Position numbers and translations under genes: made by a program. Shown one piece after another: positions 1-11,668 of a stretch of 64,000 nt of DNA (position 1 is its first letter; the number at the start of each line of letters is the position of its first letter). The DNA comes from an uncultured Planctomycetia bacterium (GTDB taxonomy: Bacteria; Planctomycetota; Planctomycetia; Pirellulales; PALSA-1355), in contig CAVOTX010000009.1 of NCBI GenBank assembly GCA_963699445.1, positions 208,735 to 272,734 on the forward strand, given 5' to 3'. A model generated the notes under the pieces. It saw only the letters and a list, made by a program, of their open reading frames with translations, ran no database searches and was not told the DNA's origin.

Positions 1-231
1 GGCCGAGCGCGGACGATCGCCAGCAATGGCGCTCGACTGGCCGCGGATTGCGAGTCGCTGTTGGCCGAAATCGTCGAACAGGACCGGCGAGCCGAGGCCG
101 GAATGAGCCGCCGCCGCGACCAGACCGTGCAGAGTCTCGAACACGTCCATACCGCCGGTGTCGCGCGTGGCGCCTACGCCGCCGAGGCCGGGGCGGCCCG
201 CAGGCACTTAGACCTCTCGTCGGAAAGCTGA
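1..231 (+). CDS. 3' part of a helical protein, possibly FlgN-like flagellar chaperone (partial)
   Basis: Frame 1 is open from base 1 to TGA at 229-231 (...LAADCESLLAEIVEQDRRAE...GAYAAE...LDLSSES*). It lies 7 bp upstream of the kinase, in flagellar context. Confidence 0.45.
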   Translation, partial: GRARTIASNGARLAADCESLLAEIVEQDRRAEAGMSRRRDQTVQSLEHVHTAGVARGAYAAEAGAARRHLDLSSES

Positions 232-238
232 ATCCATC

Positions 239-1096
239 ATGATCGAACGAGAAAACCAACCGATGATCATCCCGCTGGAGCGCTCGGCCGACTTGAGGGC
301 GGTGCTCGCCGCCTGGAACTCGGCGACCGTCCGCTTGCAGCATACGCACGAAGCCCTGCGGGCCGAAGTGAGACGGTTGACCGACGAATTGGAGATCAAA
401 AACCGCGAGCTGGCGCGGCAGAACCGGCTGGCCGATTTGGGACAAATGGCGTCGCACATCGCGCATGAAGTGCGCAACAACCTGGTGCCGGTCACGCTGT
501 ACCTGAGCCTGCTTCGCCGCCGTTTGTCGGACGACAGCGGCAGCGTCGACGTGCTCGACAAGGTCGAAGCCGGATTCGTGGCGCTCGATGCCACGGTCAA
601 CGACCTGTTGAGCTTCACTTCGGACCGCCAACCCCAAATCCGCTGGTTCTCGGTGCGCAAGCTGATCGACGACGTTTTGGCGGCGCTCGCGCCGCAACTA
701 TCGGCGCAGGGGATTTGCGCCGCGACCGACGTGCCGGCGCCGCTGTCGATCGCCGCCGACTACGGCATGTTGCGCCGGGCCGTGCTGAATCTGGCTCTGA
801 ACGCGATGGAGGCCATTCCCGATGGGGGTGAAATTACCCTCACCGCCTGCAGCGGGCGCTATGGCACCGAGATCGAAATCACCGACACCGGACCGGGCCT
901 CAGCGAGGAGGTGCGGCGGCGGGCGTTCGAGCCGTTCTTCACGACCAAGAGCAGCGGCACCGGGTTGGGCCTGGCGATCGTACATCGTATCGCCGACGTC
1001 CACGGCGGCGACATCGTGGCGACGAACTGCCCCGAGGGAGGCGCCGCCTTTACCCTGCGGATTCCCCACGCGAAAGCTTTGGAGGCCGCGGCATGA
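239..1096 (+). CDS. Sensor histidine kinase (FleS/FlrB-like), coiled coil + HisKA + HATPase
   Basis: H-box IAHEVRN, N-box NLALNA, DTGPG, EPFFTTK and GTGLGL. Overlaps the next gene (ATGA). Confidence 0.92.
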   Translation: MIERENQPMIIPLERSADLRAVLAAWNSATVRLQHTHEALRAEVRRLTDELEIKNRELARQNRLADLGQMASHIAHEVRNNLVPVTLYLSLLRRRLSDDSGSVDVLDKVEAGFVALDATVNDLLSFTSDRQPQIRWFSVRKLIDDVLAALAPQLSAQGICAATDVPAPLSIAADYGMLRRAVLNLALNAMEAIPDGGEITLTACSGRYGTEIEITDTGPGLSEEVRRRAFEPFFTTKSSGTGLGLAIVHRIADVHGGDIVATNCPEGGAAFTLRIPHAKALEAAA

Positions 1097-2514
1097 CGAA
1101 CAAACTTCCGCCGTCGCCAGCCCGAGGCACGGCCGATAGCGCGGGCCGCGTGCTGGTCGTCGACGATCACGCCAAGGCCCGCGAGTCGATGAGCGACGTC
1201 CTGCGCCACGCCGGTTATCAGGTCGATGCCTGCGCCAGCGCCGTCGAGGCGCTGGGCCGGGTCACCGTCGAAGGATACGACGTCGTGATTACCGATTTGC
1301 AAATGCCGGGCATGTCGGGGCTGGAATTCATCCGCCAGCTCGAACATCGCTTGCACGGGGCCCAGGTGCTGATGGTCACCGCCCATGCCACGGTCGCCTC
1401 GGCGGTCGAGGCCATGCGCCGCGGAGCCTTCGACTACATCGAAAAACCGTTCGATGCGGACCAACTGGAACAGCTCGTCGCCCGTGCCTTGGAGCACGGC
1501 CGGATGCTCGACCAGCGGGCTCCGCTGCGCTCCGCAGGCCAGCAGCCGCTGACGATGATCGGCACGAGTTCGGCGATGCAGACCTTGCGGGCGCGGATCG
1601 CTCAGGTCGCTCCCACCCGCGAAACCGTGCTCATCACCGGCGAGAGCGGCACCGGTAAGGAGTTGGTCGCCCGACAACTGCACGAGGCGAGCACCCGCAG
1701 TCACTCTTCGTTGGTCAGCCTGAATTGCCCCGCGCTGTCGTCGCACTTGATGGAGAGCGAGCTATTCGGGCACGAGCGCGGCGCATTCACCGGCGCCGAC
1801 AGTGCGCGGACCGGTCGCTTCGAGTTGGCCGATGGGGGCAGCATCCTGCTCGACGAAGTGACCGAGATCGAGCTGCCGCTGCAAGCCAAACTGTTGCGCG
1901 TGTTGCAGGAGCGCTCGCTGGAACGCGTGGGCTCGAGCCAGACCATCTGCGTCGATGTGCGCGTGCTGGCCACGACGAACCGCGACCTGCCCGCCGAAGT
2001 GGCCGCGGGGCGGTTCCGAGCGGATCTTTATTATCGCCTCAATGTCGTGCCGCTGGCGGTGCCGGCGCTGCGCGAGCGGCGCGAGGACATTCCGCAGATC
2101 GCGGCGCATTTTCTTCGCCAGGCGGCCGAACGATTGCACAAAGACCCGGCCGAACTGAGACTCGACGCCCAGGACCTGCTCATCCATTACCATTGGCCCG
2201 GCAACGTGCGGGAACTGGAAAACATCATCACCCGGGCCAGCGTGCTGGCCGTCGGACCGGCGATCGGCGCCGACGAGCTGCGCCCCTGGCTGATCCAGTC
2301 GGCGGACATACGGCCGGCCGGCGAACCGGCTGTGCCGGTCGGGACTCGGCTGGAGGATATGGAGCGAAAAATGATCGAAGTCACCCTGGAACGCTTCGCC
2401 GGCCATCGGGCGCGCACGGCCGAGGCGCTCGGAATCGGCATCCGCACGTTGTCCGGAAAACTCAAGGCGTACGGCTATGCGCCGCGAGCCAAGACCCTGG
2501 CCAAGGCGGGCTAA
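1093..2514 (+). CDS. Sigma54-dependent response regulator (FleR/FlrC/NtrC family)
   Basis: Receiver domain (VLVVDD, DLQMP), Walker A GESGTGKE, GAFTGA, Walker B LLDE, WPGNVREL and a C-terminal HTH. Confidence 0.95.
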   Translation: MTNKLPPSPARGTADSAGRVLVVDDHAKARESMSDVLRHAGYQVDACASAVEALGRVTVEGYDVVITDLQMPGMSGLEFIRQLEHRLHGAQVLMVTAHATVASAVEAMRRGAFDYIEKPFDADQLEQLVARALEHGRMLDQRAPLRSAGQQPLTMIGTSSAMQTLRARIAQVAPTRETVLITGESGTGKELVARQLHEASTRSHSSLVSLNCPALSSHLMESELFGHERGAFTGADSARTGRFELADGGSILLDEVTEIELPLQAKLLRVLQERSLERVGSSQTICVDVRVLATTNRDLPAEVAAGRFRADLYYRLNVVPLAVPALRERREDIPQIAAHFLRQAAERLHKDPAELRLDAQDLLIHYHWPGNVRELENIITRASVLAVGPAIGADELRPWLIQSADIRPAGEPAVPVGTRLEDMERKMIEVTLERFAGHRARTAEALGIGIRTLSGKLKAYGYAPRAKTLAKAG

Positions 2515-2615
2515 GGATGCGCACGAAAAATAACTTCGGCTTCTGGCGGACCCTGACCCTACCGTCTCCCTGGAGGGAGAGGGGTTGAGCGCCGAAGTTA
2601 TTTTTCGTTCACACC
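2515..2615 (+). repeat. ~100-bp MITE-like repeat, copy 1
   Basis: Perfect 18-bp inverted repeat ACGAAAAATAACTTCGGC (2523-2540 / 2591-2608) around a CCCT..CTCCCTGGAGGGAGAGGG core. Flanked by TAA on both sides. Confidence 0.9.
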
Positions 2616-2764
2616 TAAGCAAGCTGGGAAATGTTCGGCGGCAAGCGCTGCCCCAGAGAGAGGGAAAAAGATAGCGGCGTAGCCCCGAAGCGGGATTCGG
2701 AGTAAAGGATACGGCCACCGGCCCCCAGAGCTGGAGAGCGAAACCCCCAAAAGGAACCGAAGCG

Positions 2765-3176
2765 ATGCTGTCCTCGCTCGTGCAGAACACGGCAATTCCG
2801 GTGCTGGAGCAGGTGGTCAACTTTGCCCAGGCCCGGCAAAACGTGCTGGCCGGCAATATTGCCAATATCGACACACCGGGCTACCGCATGCGAGACCTCT
2901 CGCCGGAAAAATTTCAGGCCCGGTTGAAGTCGGCGATCGCCCAGCGCGACCAGATGCAGTCCAGCCTGTCGGTATCGGTGGGACATACCAGCGACAATCC
3001 GGTCAACGACGTCGGCAGCTCGCTGGCCGACATGCTGCACCACGACGACACGAACGGCAATCTGGAACAGCAGATCACTGCCGTGGCGAAAAACGAGTTG
3101 CAGCACAACATGGCCATTTCGATCATGAGCAGTCAATTCCGGCTGTTGCAGGCAGCCATCAGCGAACGCGCATTAA
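2765..3176 (+). CDS. flgB: Flagellar basal-body rod protein FlgB
   Basis: RQNVLAGNIANIDTPGY motif. The true stop is probably the out-of-frame TAA at 3174-3176 (indel); the ORF track reads through to 3316. Confidence 0.88.
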
Positions 3177-3203
3177 TCCCCTTGATTACGGGAGTATCGC
3201 AGC

Positions 3204-3626
3204 ATGTTTACCGCGTTGGACGTCAGCACCAGTGCCTTGGTGGCACAGCGGACCCGGCTCAATGCCATCGCCGGAAATCTGGCCAATATCTCCACGACCC
3301 ACAACGAGCTGGGTGAAGCCCAGCCGTACCAGCCGCGGTTCGTCACCTTTCAGACCGACAACGCGCTCGGCGGAGCCGAAGGCAGCGCCGGCGTGCGCGT
3401 CAGTTCGATCGAGACCGCGCAGGTCGAGCCCAACTGGAAATACCAGCCGGGTCACCCCGACGCCGTCAAGGAAGGCGAGCATGCCGGCTTCGTGGCCTAT
3501 CCCGGTATCGACATGATGTCCGAAATGGTCGACTCGATCGAAGCCTCGAGGGCCTATGAGGCCAACCTGAGCATGATCGCAGTCACCAAGGGCATCACGC
3601 AGCAATCGCTCAAGATCATTGCTTAA
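3204..3626 (+). CDS. flgC: Flagellar basal-body rod protein FlgC
   Basis: AQRTRLNAIAGNLAN, YQPGHPDA and EMVDSIEASRAYEAN motifs. Confidence 0.95.
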   Translation: MFTALDVSTSALVAQRTRLNAIAGNLANISTTHNELGEAQPYQPRFVTFQTDNALGGAEGSAGVRVSSIETAQVEPNWKYQPGHPDAVKEGEHAGFVAYPGIDMMSEMVDSIEASRAYEANLSMIAVTKGITQQSLKIIA

Positions 3627-3638
3627 AAGGGTCCCGCG

Positions 3639-3938
3639 ATGAATCCGATCACCAGCGTAGGCGCCGTTCCAATTCCGCCGCTTCCGGCGGCACCGCTCGC
3701 TCCCGGCGCGGCCGGCGGCTCGTCGTTCAAGAACATGCTGGTCGACTCGCTGAAGCAAGTCAATTCGATGCAGCAGGAAGCCAACCAGGCCGTGGAAAAC
3801 CTGATGACTGGCGGCGACGTCAACCCGGCCGAAGTGCTGACCGCCGTGCAAAAAGCCGACCTGGCATTTCGCATGATGATGCAGGTCCGCAACAAGCTCG
3901 TGGCCGCCTACCAGGAAGTGAAGGACATCAAGATCTAG
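3639..3938 (+). CDS. fliE: Hook-basal body protein FliE
   Basis: C-terminal AVQKADLAFRMMMQVRNKLVAAYQEV. Confidence 0.95.
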   Translation: MNPITSVGAVPIPPLPAAPLAPGAAGGSSFKNMLVDSLKQVNSMQQEANQAVENLMTGGDVNPAEVLTAVQKADLAFRMMMQVRNKLVAAYQEVKDIKI

Positions 3939-4038
3939 CAGCACGTGTCGAACGGCACGGCCGCGGGGTTCAGCCTCGCGGCGACCGGGCCGCCCCTGCG
4001 GTGCTCCAAGAAACTTTTCGTGAAGCGAGGTTCCAAGG

Positions 4039-5718
4039 ATGGATTTCCTCAATCAGGGTTATGCTCGGCTCGTCGACCTGTTCAAGTCGATGACTCCCGG
4101 TGCCCGGATTACGGCTGGGCTGCTGCTGACGATGGTCGTGATCAGCCTGGCCTATCTGGTCAATCACACGTCCAGCGGGCAGCAGACGTTCCTGATGGGC
4201 GGCGAGCCGTTTGCGCGCGTCGCAATTGCCGGCCATGGAAGCGGCCTTCGCCAAGGCCGGCCTGAGCGATTACCAGATCGAAGGCAATCGCATTCGCGTG
4301 CCGTTGGGCAGACAGTCGGTGTACATGGGCGCGCTGGCCGACGGCGGCGCGCTGCCCGCTGATTTCGGCAAGTATCTGGAGAAGGCGGTCGGCACCAGCC
4401 CCTGGGTGTCGAAAGTGCAACGTGCCGAAGCCATGAAGATCGCCAAGCAAATCGAGCTGCAATCGATCATCTGCCACATGCAGGGCATCGAAAGCGCGAG
4501 CGTGATGTACGACGCGGAAGAATCCAAGTCGCTGATCAAGGAAAAGGTGACCACCGCCTCGGTCAGCGTCAAGCCGCTGGGCGCAATGCAACTCGACGAC
4601 AACCAGGTGCGCATGCTCCGGCACCTGGTGGCCGGCGCCTTTGCCGGGCTGAAGCCGCAGAGCGTCACCGTCACCGACCTGAACAGCAAAACGTATCCCG
4701 GTTCGAGTTCGGCCGACGGAATCGGCGGCGGCGACGACGATCCGTACAACACCCGCAAACGAATCTATGAAAAGCAATGGAACGAAAAAATCGCCAGCGC
4801 GCTGAGTTACATTCCCGGCGTACTCGTGACGTCGAACGTTGAACTCGACGCCGAAACCATGCACGAAGAGACCTCGACCGACTTCGATCCCAAGACAGTT
4901 CCCTACGAGCAGCGCGAAGAGGGCATGACCAAGACGGTCCGCGGCTCCGCCGGCGGCGGACGACCGGGCCTCGCACAGCAGCACGGCGTCAACCAGCCGG
5001 CCACGGTCAGTCAGCGCCGGGGGCACGGAAAACTCCGAAGAGAACACCCAAACCGAAACGCGCAACGCCGTCGGCACCAAGTCGCGGCGCGTCATCCACA
5101 GCCCGCTGACCCCCAAGCGTGTGACCGTGGCGGTGACCGTTCCCAGCAGCTACTACGAGAAGGTGTGGTTGGACCGCAATCCGCCGCCGGCCGGCCAGGA
5201 CGCGAAGAAGCCGGACGTCAATGCCTTGGCGGACATCAAGAACGAGGTCAAGACCGACATCCAGAACTCCGTCAATGCGCTGCTGCCGTCAGTCGGGCGC
5301 CACGGCCGACCCGTTTCCGCGCGTGACCGTCACGCCGTTTCAGCACTTGCCCAGCGCGCCCTTGCCGCTGCCGACGCTGAACGACAAGGCGCTGGTCTGG
5401 GCCGGTCAGTATTGGAGCACCGTGGGCATGATGGGGCTCGCGCTGTTCAGCCTGATCATCCTGCGGTCGATGGTCCGCGCGGCGCCTCCGGCCGCCAACC
5501 CGCCCGCGCAATTCAACGCCGCGCAGTCGCTGGCCGAGTCGAGTAGCGAAGCATCGGAACCCGGCGCACGCGAGGCCGAGCCGCAAAATATCCGCAACCG
5601 GCTCAAGCGCCGCCCGCCGGGCGGACCCTCGTTGCGCGAAGAACTGAGTGAACTTGTCAAAGAAGATCCGGACGCCGCCGTGAGCGTGCTGCGGGCCTGG
5701 ATCGGCAACGCGAGCTAG
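4039..5718 (+). CDS. fliF: MS-ring protein FliF (frameshifted in this sequence)
   Basis: N-terminal TM, RBM-like segment (GIESASVMYD, TASVSVKP, LVAGAFAGLKPQSVTVTD), second TM, and C-terminal LVKEDPDAAVSVLRAW. Pieces lie in several frames. Confidence 0.85.
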
Positions 5719-5721
5719 GCC

Positions 5722-6757
5722 ATGAAGAACCGCCAACAGGCACTGCGTAAAGCCGCCATCCTGATCGCCAGCCTCGACCGCGAGACGGCCGACGGGCTGC
5801 TCGACCAGATGTCGGCCGACCAGGCCCGCGCCGTACGCGAATCAATCGATTCGTTGGCGGACGTTGCCCAGGCCGAGCAGCAGGCGGTCATCGAGGAGTT
5901 TTTCCGCATCGGGCCGCTGGTGCCCGAGAAGCTCCCGCCCGGCATTGAACTCGACAGTCAGATGGCGCGGCATCTGAACCTGCGGCCGGACTCGCTGGGC
6001 CCGGCCGCATCCGGCGGCGGTCGCTCGCGGTACGACTTGCCCCCGCAGGCGGCGACGACGCCGTTTCAGTTCCTGGAAGAGACTTCGAGCAGCGCGCTGG
6101 CTCGATATCTGCAGCGCGAGCGTCCGCAAACGATCGCCGTGGTCATTTCTCACCTGACCAGCGATCGGGGTGCGGAAGTGCTGGCCCTGTTGCCGGCGGA
6201 ATTGCAGGGCGAAGTCACGTTGCGTCTGGCCCACCTCGACAAGACGCCTCCCGAGATTTTGGACGAGATCGAGCGCGGCATGCAGAACTGGATCTTGCAG
6301 CAGGCTCGCTCGACGCGCGCCGGGCGCCGGGTTGGAGACGCTGCGGGGCATTCTGGCCGCGTCCGACGAGCGGTCGAAGAACTCGATCCTGCGCAATCTG
6401 GCCCAGCATGACCGTCGCCTGGCGACCAAGCTGGCCGGCTCGCCGCGGCGGAGCATCACCTTTGCCGAGCTCGAACAATTCGACGACCTGGCGCTGGCCG
6501 GCGTCCTGCGGCAGGCGCCGCGCGAAATCGTGCTCTTGGCTTTGGCGGGCGCCGGCAACGATTTCGTGCGCCGCGTGCTCGGGCTCACCCCGTCCGACAG
6601 CGCCGCATGGTTGCGGCAGCGACTGGGCAACCTGGGGCCCACGCGGCTGAGCGACGTCGAGCAGGCACAGCAGGAACTGGCAAACATTGCCCGGCAGTGC
6701 GAACCGGCGATGTTCGACGGTCGCGACGAGAAAAAACACCTCAGCGTCGCGGTATGA
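5722..6757 (+). CDS. fliG: Motor switch protein FliG-like (frameshift near 6310)
   Basis: RKAAILIASL, ERPQTIAVVISHL and LGPTRLSDVEQAQ motifs. Confidence 0.85.
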
Positions 6758-6806
6758 GCCGCGGCGGTTGAACACTCGACAGTTTTTGCAAAGTGGGTGA
6801 CGGAAG

Positions 6807-7458
6807 ATGGCTTCGGTAATCAAAGCTGCCGGCGCGGCCCGTTCGACGGATGCCGGACTGTTCAATTTCGAGGACCTGAGCGCCGCGCCAGACCTACTTG
6901 GACCAGGTGCGCGTCCAGGCGGCGCAGATTCTCGCCAAGGCGGAAAAGGACGCCGTCGCGATCCGTCAGCGCGCCGAACAGGACGGAAAATCGGCCGCCC
7001 TGAAGGCCGCCGAAGGGCTCGTCGACGACCGCGTCGGCAAACACATGGTCACCCTGCTGCCGGCTTTGAAACAGGCGGTCGAGGGCATGACCCAGATTCG
7101 TCAGAAGTGGTTGGCTCACGCCGAAAAAACCAACGTCAAAGTGGCCGCGGCCATCGCCGCCCGCGTCATCCGCCGCGAGCTGACGCAGGCCCCGGAGATT
7201 ACGCTCGGGCTGGTCCGCGAAGCCTTGGAAATGGCTGCCGGCAGCAGCGACATCCAGGTCCGACTGCACCCCGACGACCATCGGGCTTTGGCCGGACAGG
7301 TTCGCTCGTTTGCCGGCGAATTGGCTCGCCTGGGCACGGCCGAGGTGGTTGCCGATCCGACGATCTCCCGGGGCGGCTGCCGGGTCGACACGCGCTTCGG
7401 CACGATCGACCAGCAGTTCGAGGCGCAGTTGTCGCGAATCGAACAGGAGCTGACCTGA
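6807..7458 (+). CDS. fliH: Flagellar assembly protein FliH (frameshift near 6880)
   Basis: VRLHPDD and ADPTISRGGCRVDTRFGTID motifs; position between fliG and fliI. Confidence 0.88.
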
Positions 7459-7462
7459 CGCA

Positions 7463-8831
7463 ATGCTCGACCTAGAAACGCAACTCGCAGCGATCTTGCC
7501 CACGGCACTTGTGGGCAGCGTCGTCCGCACGCTGGGCATGACCGCGTCGGTGGCCGATTTTCCGGCCCCGGTCGGGGCGATCGTCGAGATCGACCGGCAG
7601 GCGGGCAAAACGTTGCGGGCCGAAGTGATCGGCTTTCGCGACGACCTGACACTGGTCTACCTGCTGGAGAACATGACCGGCGTCCGCCGCGGGAACCGGG
7701 TGCGGTTGGTGCGCACTTCGAATTGGCTGCCGGTCGGCCGCGAACTGCTGGGCCGCGTCGTCAATGCCGGCAGCCAGTGCATCGATGGCAAACCGCTTCC
7801 GGCGCTCACCGATCGGATTGCCGTCGACGGACAGCCGCTGGCCGCCATGCTCCGGCCCCGCATCGACACGCCGCTGTCCACCGGCATTCGCGCCATCGAC
7901 GGCCTGCTGACCTGCGGCAAGGGGACAGCGAATGGGAATCTTCGCGGGCTCGGGCGTCGGCAAGAGCGTGACCCTGGGCATGATGGCCCGCTATGCCTCG
8001 GCCGAGGTCAACGTAATCGCCTTGATCGGCGAACGCGGCCGCGAAGTCAACGAGTTCATCGAGCGCGATTTGGGGCCGGCCGGACTGGCCCGCAGCGTGG
8101 TCGTCGTGGCCACCAGCGATGAGCCGGCGCTGGTTCGGGTGCGGGCGGCGTTTGCCGCCACGGCCATTGCCGAATACTTTCGCGACCTGGGTCAAGACGT
8201 GTTGTTGATCATGGACTCGCTGACCCGGCTGGCGCTGGCTCAGCGCGAGATCGGCCTGGCGGCCGGCGAACCCCCCACGACGCGCGGTTTCACTCCGTCG
8301 GTTTTTGCCCTGCTGCCCAAGTTGCTGGAGCGGGCCGGACGCAGCCCGCGCGGCAGCATCACCGGGTTCTATTCGGTGCTGGTCGAAGGGGACGATCCCA
8401 ACGAGCCGGTCTGCGACGCGGTCCGCGGGCTGCTCGACGGGCACACCTGGCTTTCGCGCAAGCTGGCCTCGCGCGGGCATTATCCGGCGATCGACGTGCT
8501 GGAAAGTCTGAGCCGTTTGATGACCGACATCACCGGGCCCGAACACCGGCAAGCCGCCCAGGCGCTGCGCGAAGTGCTCGCCGCCCAACGCGATCATGAG
8601 GACTTGATCTCGATCGGGGCGTACCGGCGCGGAGCGAACCGCCACGTGGACCTGGCCATCGAAATGCAGGCCGACATCAACGCTTTTCTGCGACAACGGG
8701 TCGACGAGCGGTGCAGCGTCGAGCAGGCGCGCGACCTGCTCGTGCAGTTGCAGCGGCGGATGCAAACCCGGCCACAGGCGCCGGCCATCCCGGCGACCAC
8801 CGCAGCCTATCCCACGGAACAAAGGGCTTAA
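7463..8831 (+). CDS. fliI: Flagellar export ATPase FliI (frameshift near 7922)
   Basis: GIFAGSGVGKS, GERGREV, MDSLTR, GEPP and HYPAIDVLESLSR motifs. Confidence 0.95.
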
Positions 8832-8837
8832 CCGTTC

Positions 8838-9286
8838 ATGGCGCGATTCCGCTTTCCCTTGGCCACCGTGCTCAAACTCCGCGAGGCAACTCGCGATGAG
8901 CGGCGGGGTCAATTGGCGGAGGCCTACCAGGCCGAGAAAAACTGCGCGATCGGCGCGAGCTGGTCGAACAGGAGTTGGCGGATTTGAAAGCCCTGAGCGG
9001 GCAAGCGGCCAGCGGCGCCGTGGACGTCGATCGGCTGCTGGCGGCCAGCCGTTTCGAGGCCATCTTGAGAGCCGAGATTCAGATCATCCGCCAGCACGAA
9101 AGCACCCTGGCGGCGGAGATCGATCGGCGACGGCAGGCCCTGGTGGTCGCCGATCGTGACGTCCGGGTATTGGAGAAGCTCGAAGAAACCCAGCGCGGCC
9201 GGCATCGCCAGGCGGAATCCGACGCGCTCATGAAACAGCTCGACGAGGTCGCGGCCCGGCAAGTTCCGGCCGACGAGAGGTATTGA
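8838..9286 (+). CDS. fliJ: Flagellar export protein FliJ (frameshift near 8940)
   Basis: Starts MARFRFPLATVLKLRE, is coiled coil, and ends VLEKL...KQLDEVA. Follows fliI. Confidence 0.82.
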
Positions 9287-9963
9287 TGGGCGGATTGCTG
9301 GCCAGGTTGATGACGCTGGGAGCCTACCTCTGCGTGGCCACGGTCGTGGCTGCGCTGGCCGGCGTGATCTACCTGCGCAGCAGCGGCCGATTGAACGACG
9401 ATCGCATCGATCGGCTGCTCGCGGTGGCGCAAGGAATCGATACCAAGGAAACGAAAAGCGAACAGGCCGTCGGCGACAATGCGAACGAGACCGAGCAGCC
9501 CTCGTATGAAGACCACGAGCAGGCCAGAGAGTTGCAATCGCACAACCTGGAAATGCGCGAGCAGGCGCTCAAGAGCGGCCTGGATCGGATCCGCTTCGAG
9601 CAGAGCAAGGTGGCGCGCGAGAAGGAAATTTACAACGCGCTGGAAAACGCTTTCGATACCCAGCTCGAGGCCTTGCGGACCAAGGCCCTGTCCTCCGGCC
9701 GCGAAAACGTGCGAATGATCTGGGAGAACATCAAACCCAAGCAGGCCAAAGAGCAAATCCTGAAAATGCTCGACAACCAGGAAATGAACGAAGTCGTGAC
9801 CATCCTGTCGGGCATGCCCATCGGCAAACGGGCCAAGATCGTCAGCGAGTTCAAGACAGGCGACGAGACCGCGCGGCTGGACGAAGTCTTGCGGCTGATC
9901 CGCTCCGGCGTGCCGGAAGTCAACCTGATCGACAAAACACGCAGTCAAGTCAAACAACCCTAG
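9283..9963 (+). CDS. MotE/FlbB-like membrane-anchored coiled-coil protein
   Basis: N-terminal TM, coiled coil, MgtE_N-like C-terminus (ENIKPKQAKEQI...ILSGMPIGKRAKI). Lies between fliJ and fliK. Confidence 0.6.
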   Translation: MMGGLLARLMTLGAYLCVATVVAALAGVIYLRSSGRLNDDRIDRLLAVAQGIDTKETKSEQAVGDNANETEQPSYEDHEQARELQSHNLEMREQALKSGLDRIRFEQSKVAREKEIYNALENAFDTQLEALRTKALSSGRENVRMIWENIKPKQAKEQILKMLDNQEMNEVVTILSGMPIGKRAKIVSEFKTGDETARLDEVLRLIRSGVPEVNLIDKTRSQVKQP

Positions 9964-9973
9964 GATCTCCGCC

Positions 9974-11619
9974 GTGTCCGCGTTCGCACTGGATCCCACC
10001 GCCGTTCTCGGCAATCTCGACGCGCAGATTCGCCGCCGCCGGCCCCCAAGTCCGTCGGGACGAGCTCTTTCGACGACCACCTGCAACAAGCGTCCCAGGC
10101 CGGGTCCAGCCCGACCGCCGCGAACAATTCTCCCGCGAACTCCAGCGAAAACGCCGCGTCGGGCGGTGCGTCCGCGTCAAATTCGCAGGGCAAGAGTCCG
10201 TCGAGCCCGCAGTCACCGGCCCGGACAGCGGACGGCAAGAGCGACCCTGCGCGGCCGCATTCCGCGGGCAATAGCGCGGCCTCGTCCGATACGAAAAGTT
10301 CGAAGGCCGCGGTATCGGCGGCCGTCGACGGTTCCACCGGCGCGTCGTCGGGCGGTGCGAAACCGGCAACCGCAGCCGGCGATGCCACCGCGGCGGCCAA
10401 TTCGGCCCCGCCGGTGGCGACGAAGCCAACGAGTGGCGGTGCGGCGAAACCTGACCAGGTTCCTGAGCCGCAGCCCGTCGTGCCGGTCGAGGTCGCGGTC
10501 TCCGTCGATCCGATCCCGTCCGTGCCGAATGCCAAAGGCGGATCTGCCGCGGGCAATGGCACCGCGTCGCAGGCGACCGCCAAGTCCACCGGGCCGATTG
10601 TCTCCCCTGCCCTGGCCGACGCCGCTGGGGAGACATGGTTCGAGACCAGCCTGTCGAAGTCCGGCGGCACGACCGTACCGGGCAGCGGCAAGGCCGGGGC
10701 AACTTCCAAAGGTCAGCATTCGCGCTCGGCGAGCGGCGCGAATCGCGCCAGGCCGGCGATCAAGCCAGCCGATCCGCCGCCACCGCCGACTCGAACGGCA
10801 ATCCATCCTCCGTGGCCAGCGCCACGGGGCCGGAAAAACCCGGCGACCCGGCGCTCGCGGATTCCGCCGACAGTGCAGCGCTGTCTCCGGCCGAATCGGT
10901 TGCGAACCAGATCAATAGTCCGGCGCGGTCATCCCAGTAGCGGCGAGTCAATCGACAGCCGCTCCAGCGGAGTCGATCGCAAGCAATTCGACAACGGTCC
11001 AGGCCGCGTCTGGGGCGCCGAGACCAGTTCGGCAGCCGGCAGCACGTCCGACCCGCCGGCGGTCGCGGCCGTCGGCAATCTGGTCGCAGGGCCGAGTTCG
11101 AATGCGACGGCTCAACCCGACGGCGCGGGATCGGCAGCCACGGCGAACGCTTCGGGGTCGAGCGGTTCGGGTGGCGTGGAAAACGCGCGGTTCGTGCAGC
11201 GAGTGGCCAAGGCCTTTCAAACGGCGGGCGATCAAGGCGGGTCGCTGCGACTGCGGCTCAGCCCGCCTGAGCTAGGTTCGCTCAAGCTGAACGTCACGGT
11301 CAACGGCGGCGTGCTCAACGCGCAGGTCGAGGCCGAAACCGTCCAAGCCCGCGACATGTTGTTGGAGAATCTGCCGGCCCTGCGCGAGCGTTTGGCCGAA
11401 CACAACATCAAGATCGATCAATTCGACGTCGATTTGTTCGACGGAGCCAGCGGCGGTTCGTCGGATCAACCGCACGGCAACACGGATCCGCAGCAGGCTT
11501 ATCCGGCGGCGGCGCGCAGCAGCCCCAAGAGCAGCCCCTTGATCGGCGGCGGCGAGGCGGCGGTCGCGGCCAGCCCGGCCCTGCAATCCAGCGACGGCAG
11601 TCTGAACGTAGTCATTTGA
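9974..11619 (+). CDS. fliK: Hook-length control protein FliK (frameshifted)
   Basis: Long Ser/Ala/Gly/Pro-rich region followed by the T3S4 domain LRLRLSPPELGSL...LLENLPALRERL. Confidence 0.88.
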
Positions 11620-11668
11620 CCAGCGAGTTCCAAAAAAAACGGACGTACCTTCCGAAAAGGACCGAATC

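Noticed and set aside
2616-2764. Sigma54 (-24/-12) promoter or c-di-GMP riboswitch upstream of flgB
   Set aside because: Only weak GG-N10-GC matches without the TGGCAC/TTGC context, and no recognisable GEMM motif.
9974-11200. Low-complexity Ser/Ala/Gly region as a novel repeat protein
   Set aside because: It is the expected disordered ruler region of FliK.
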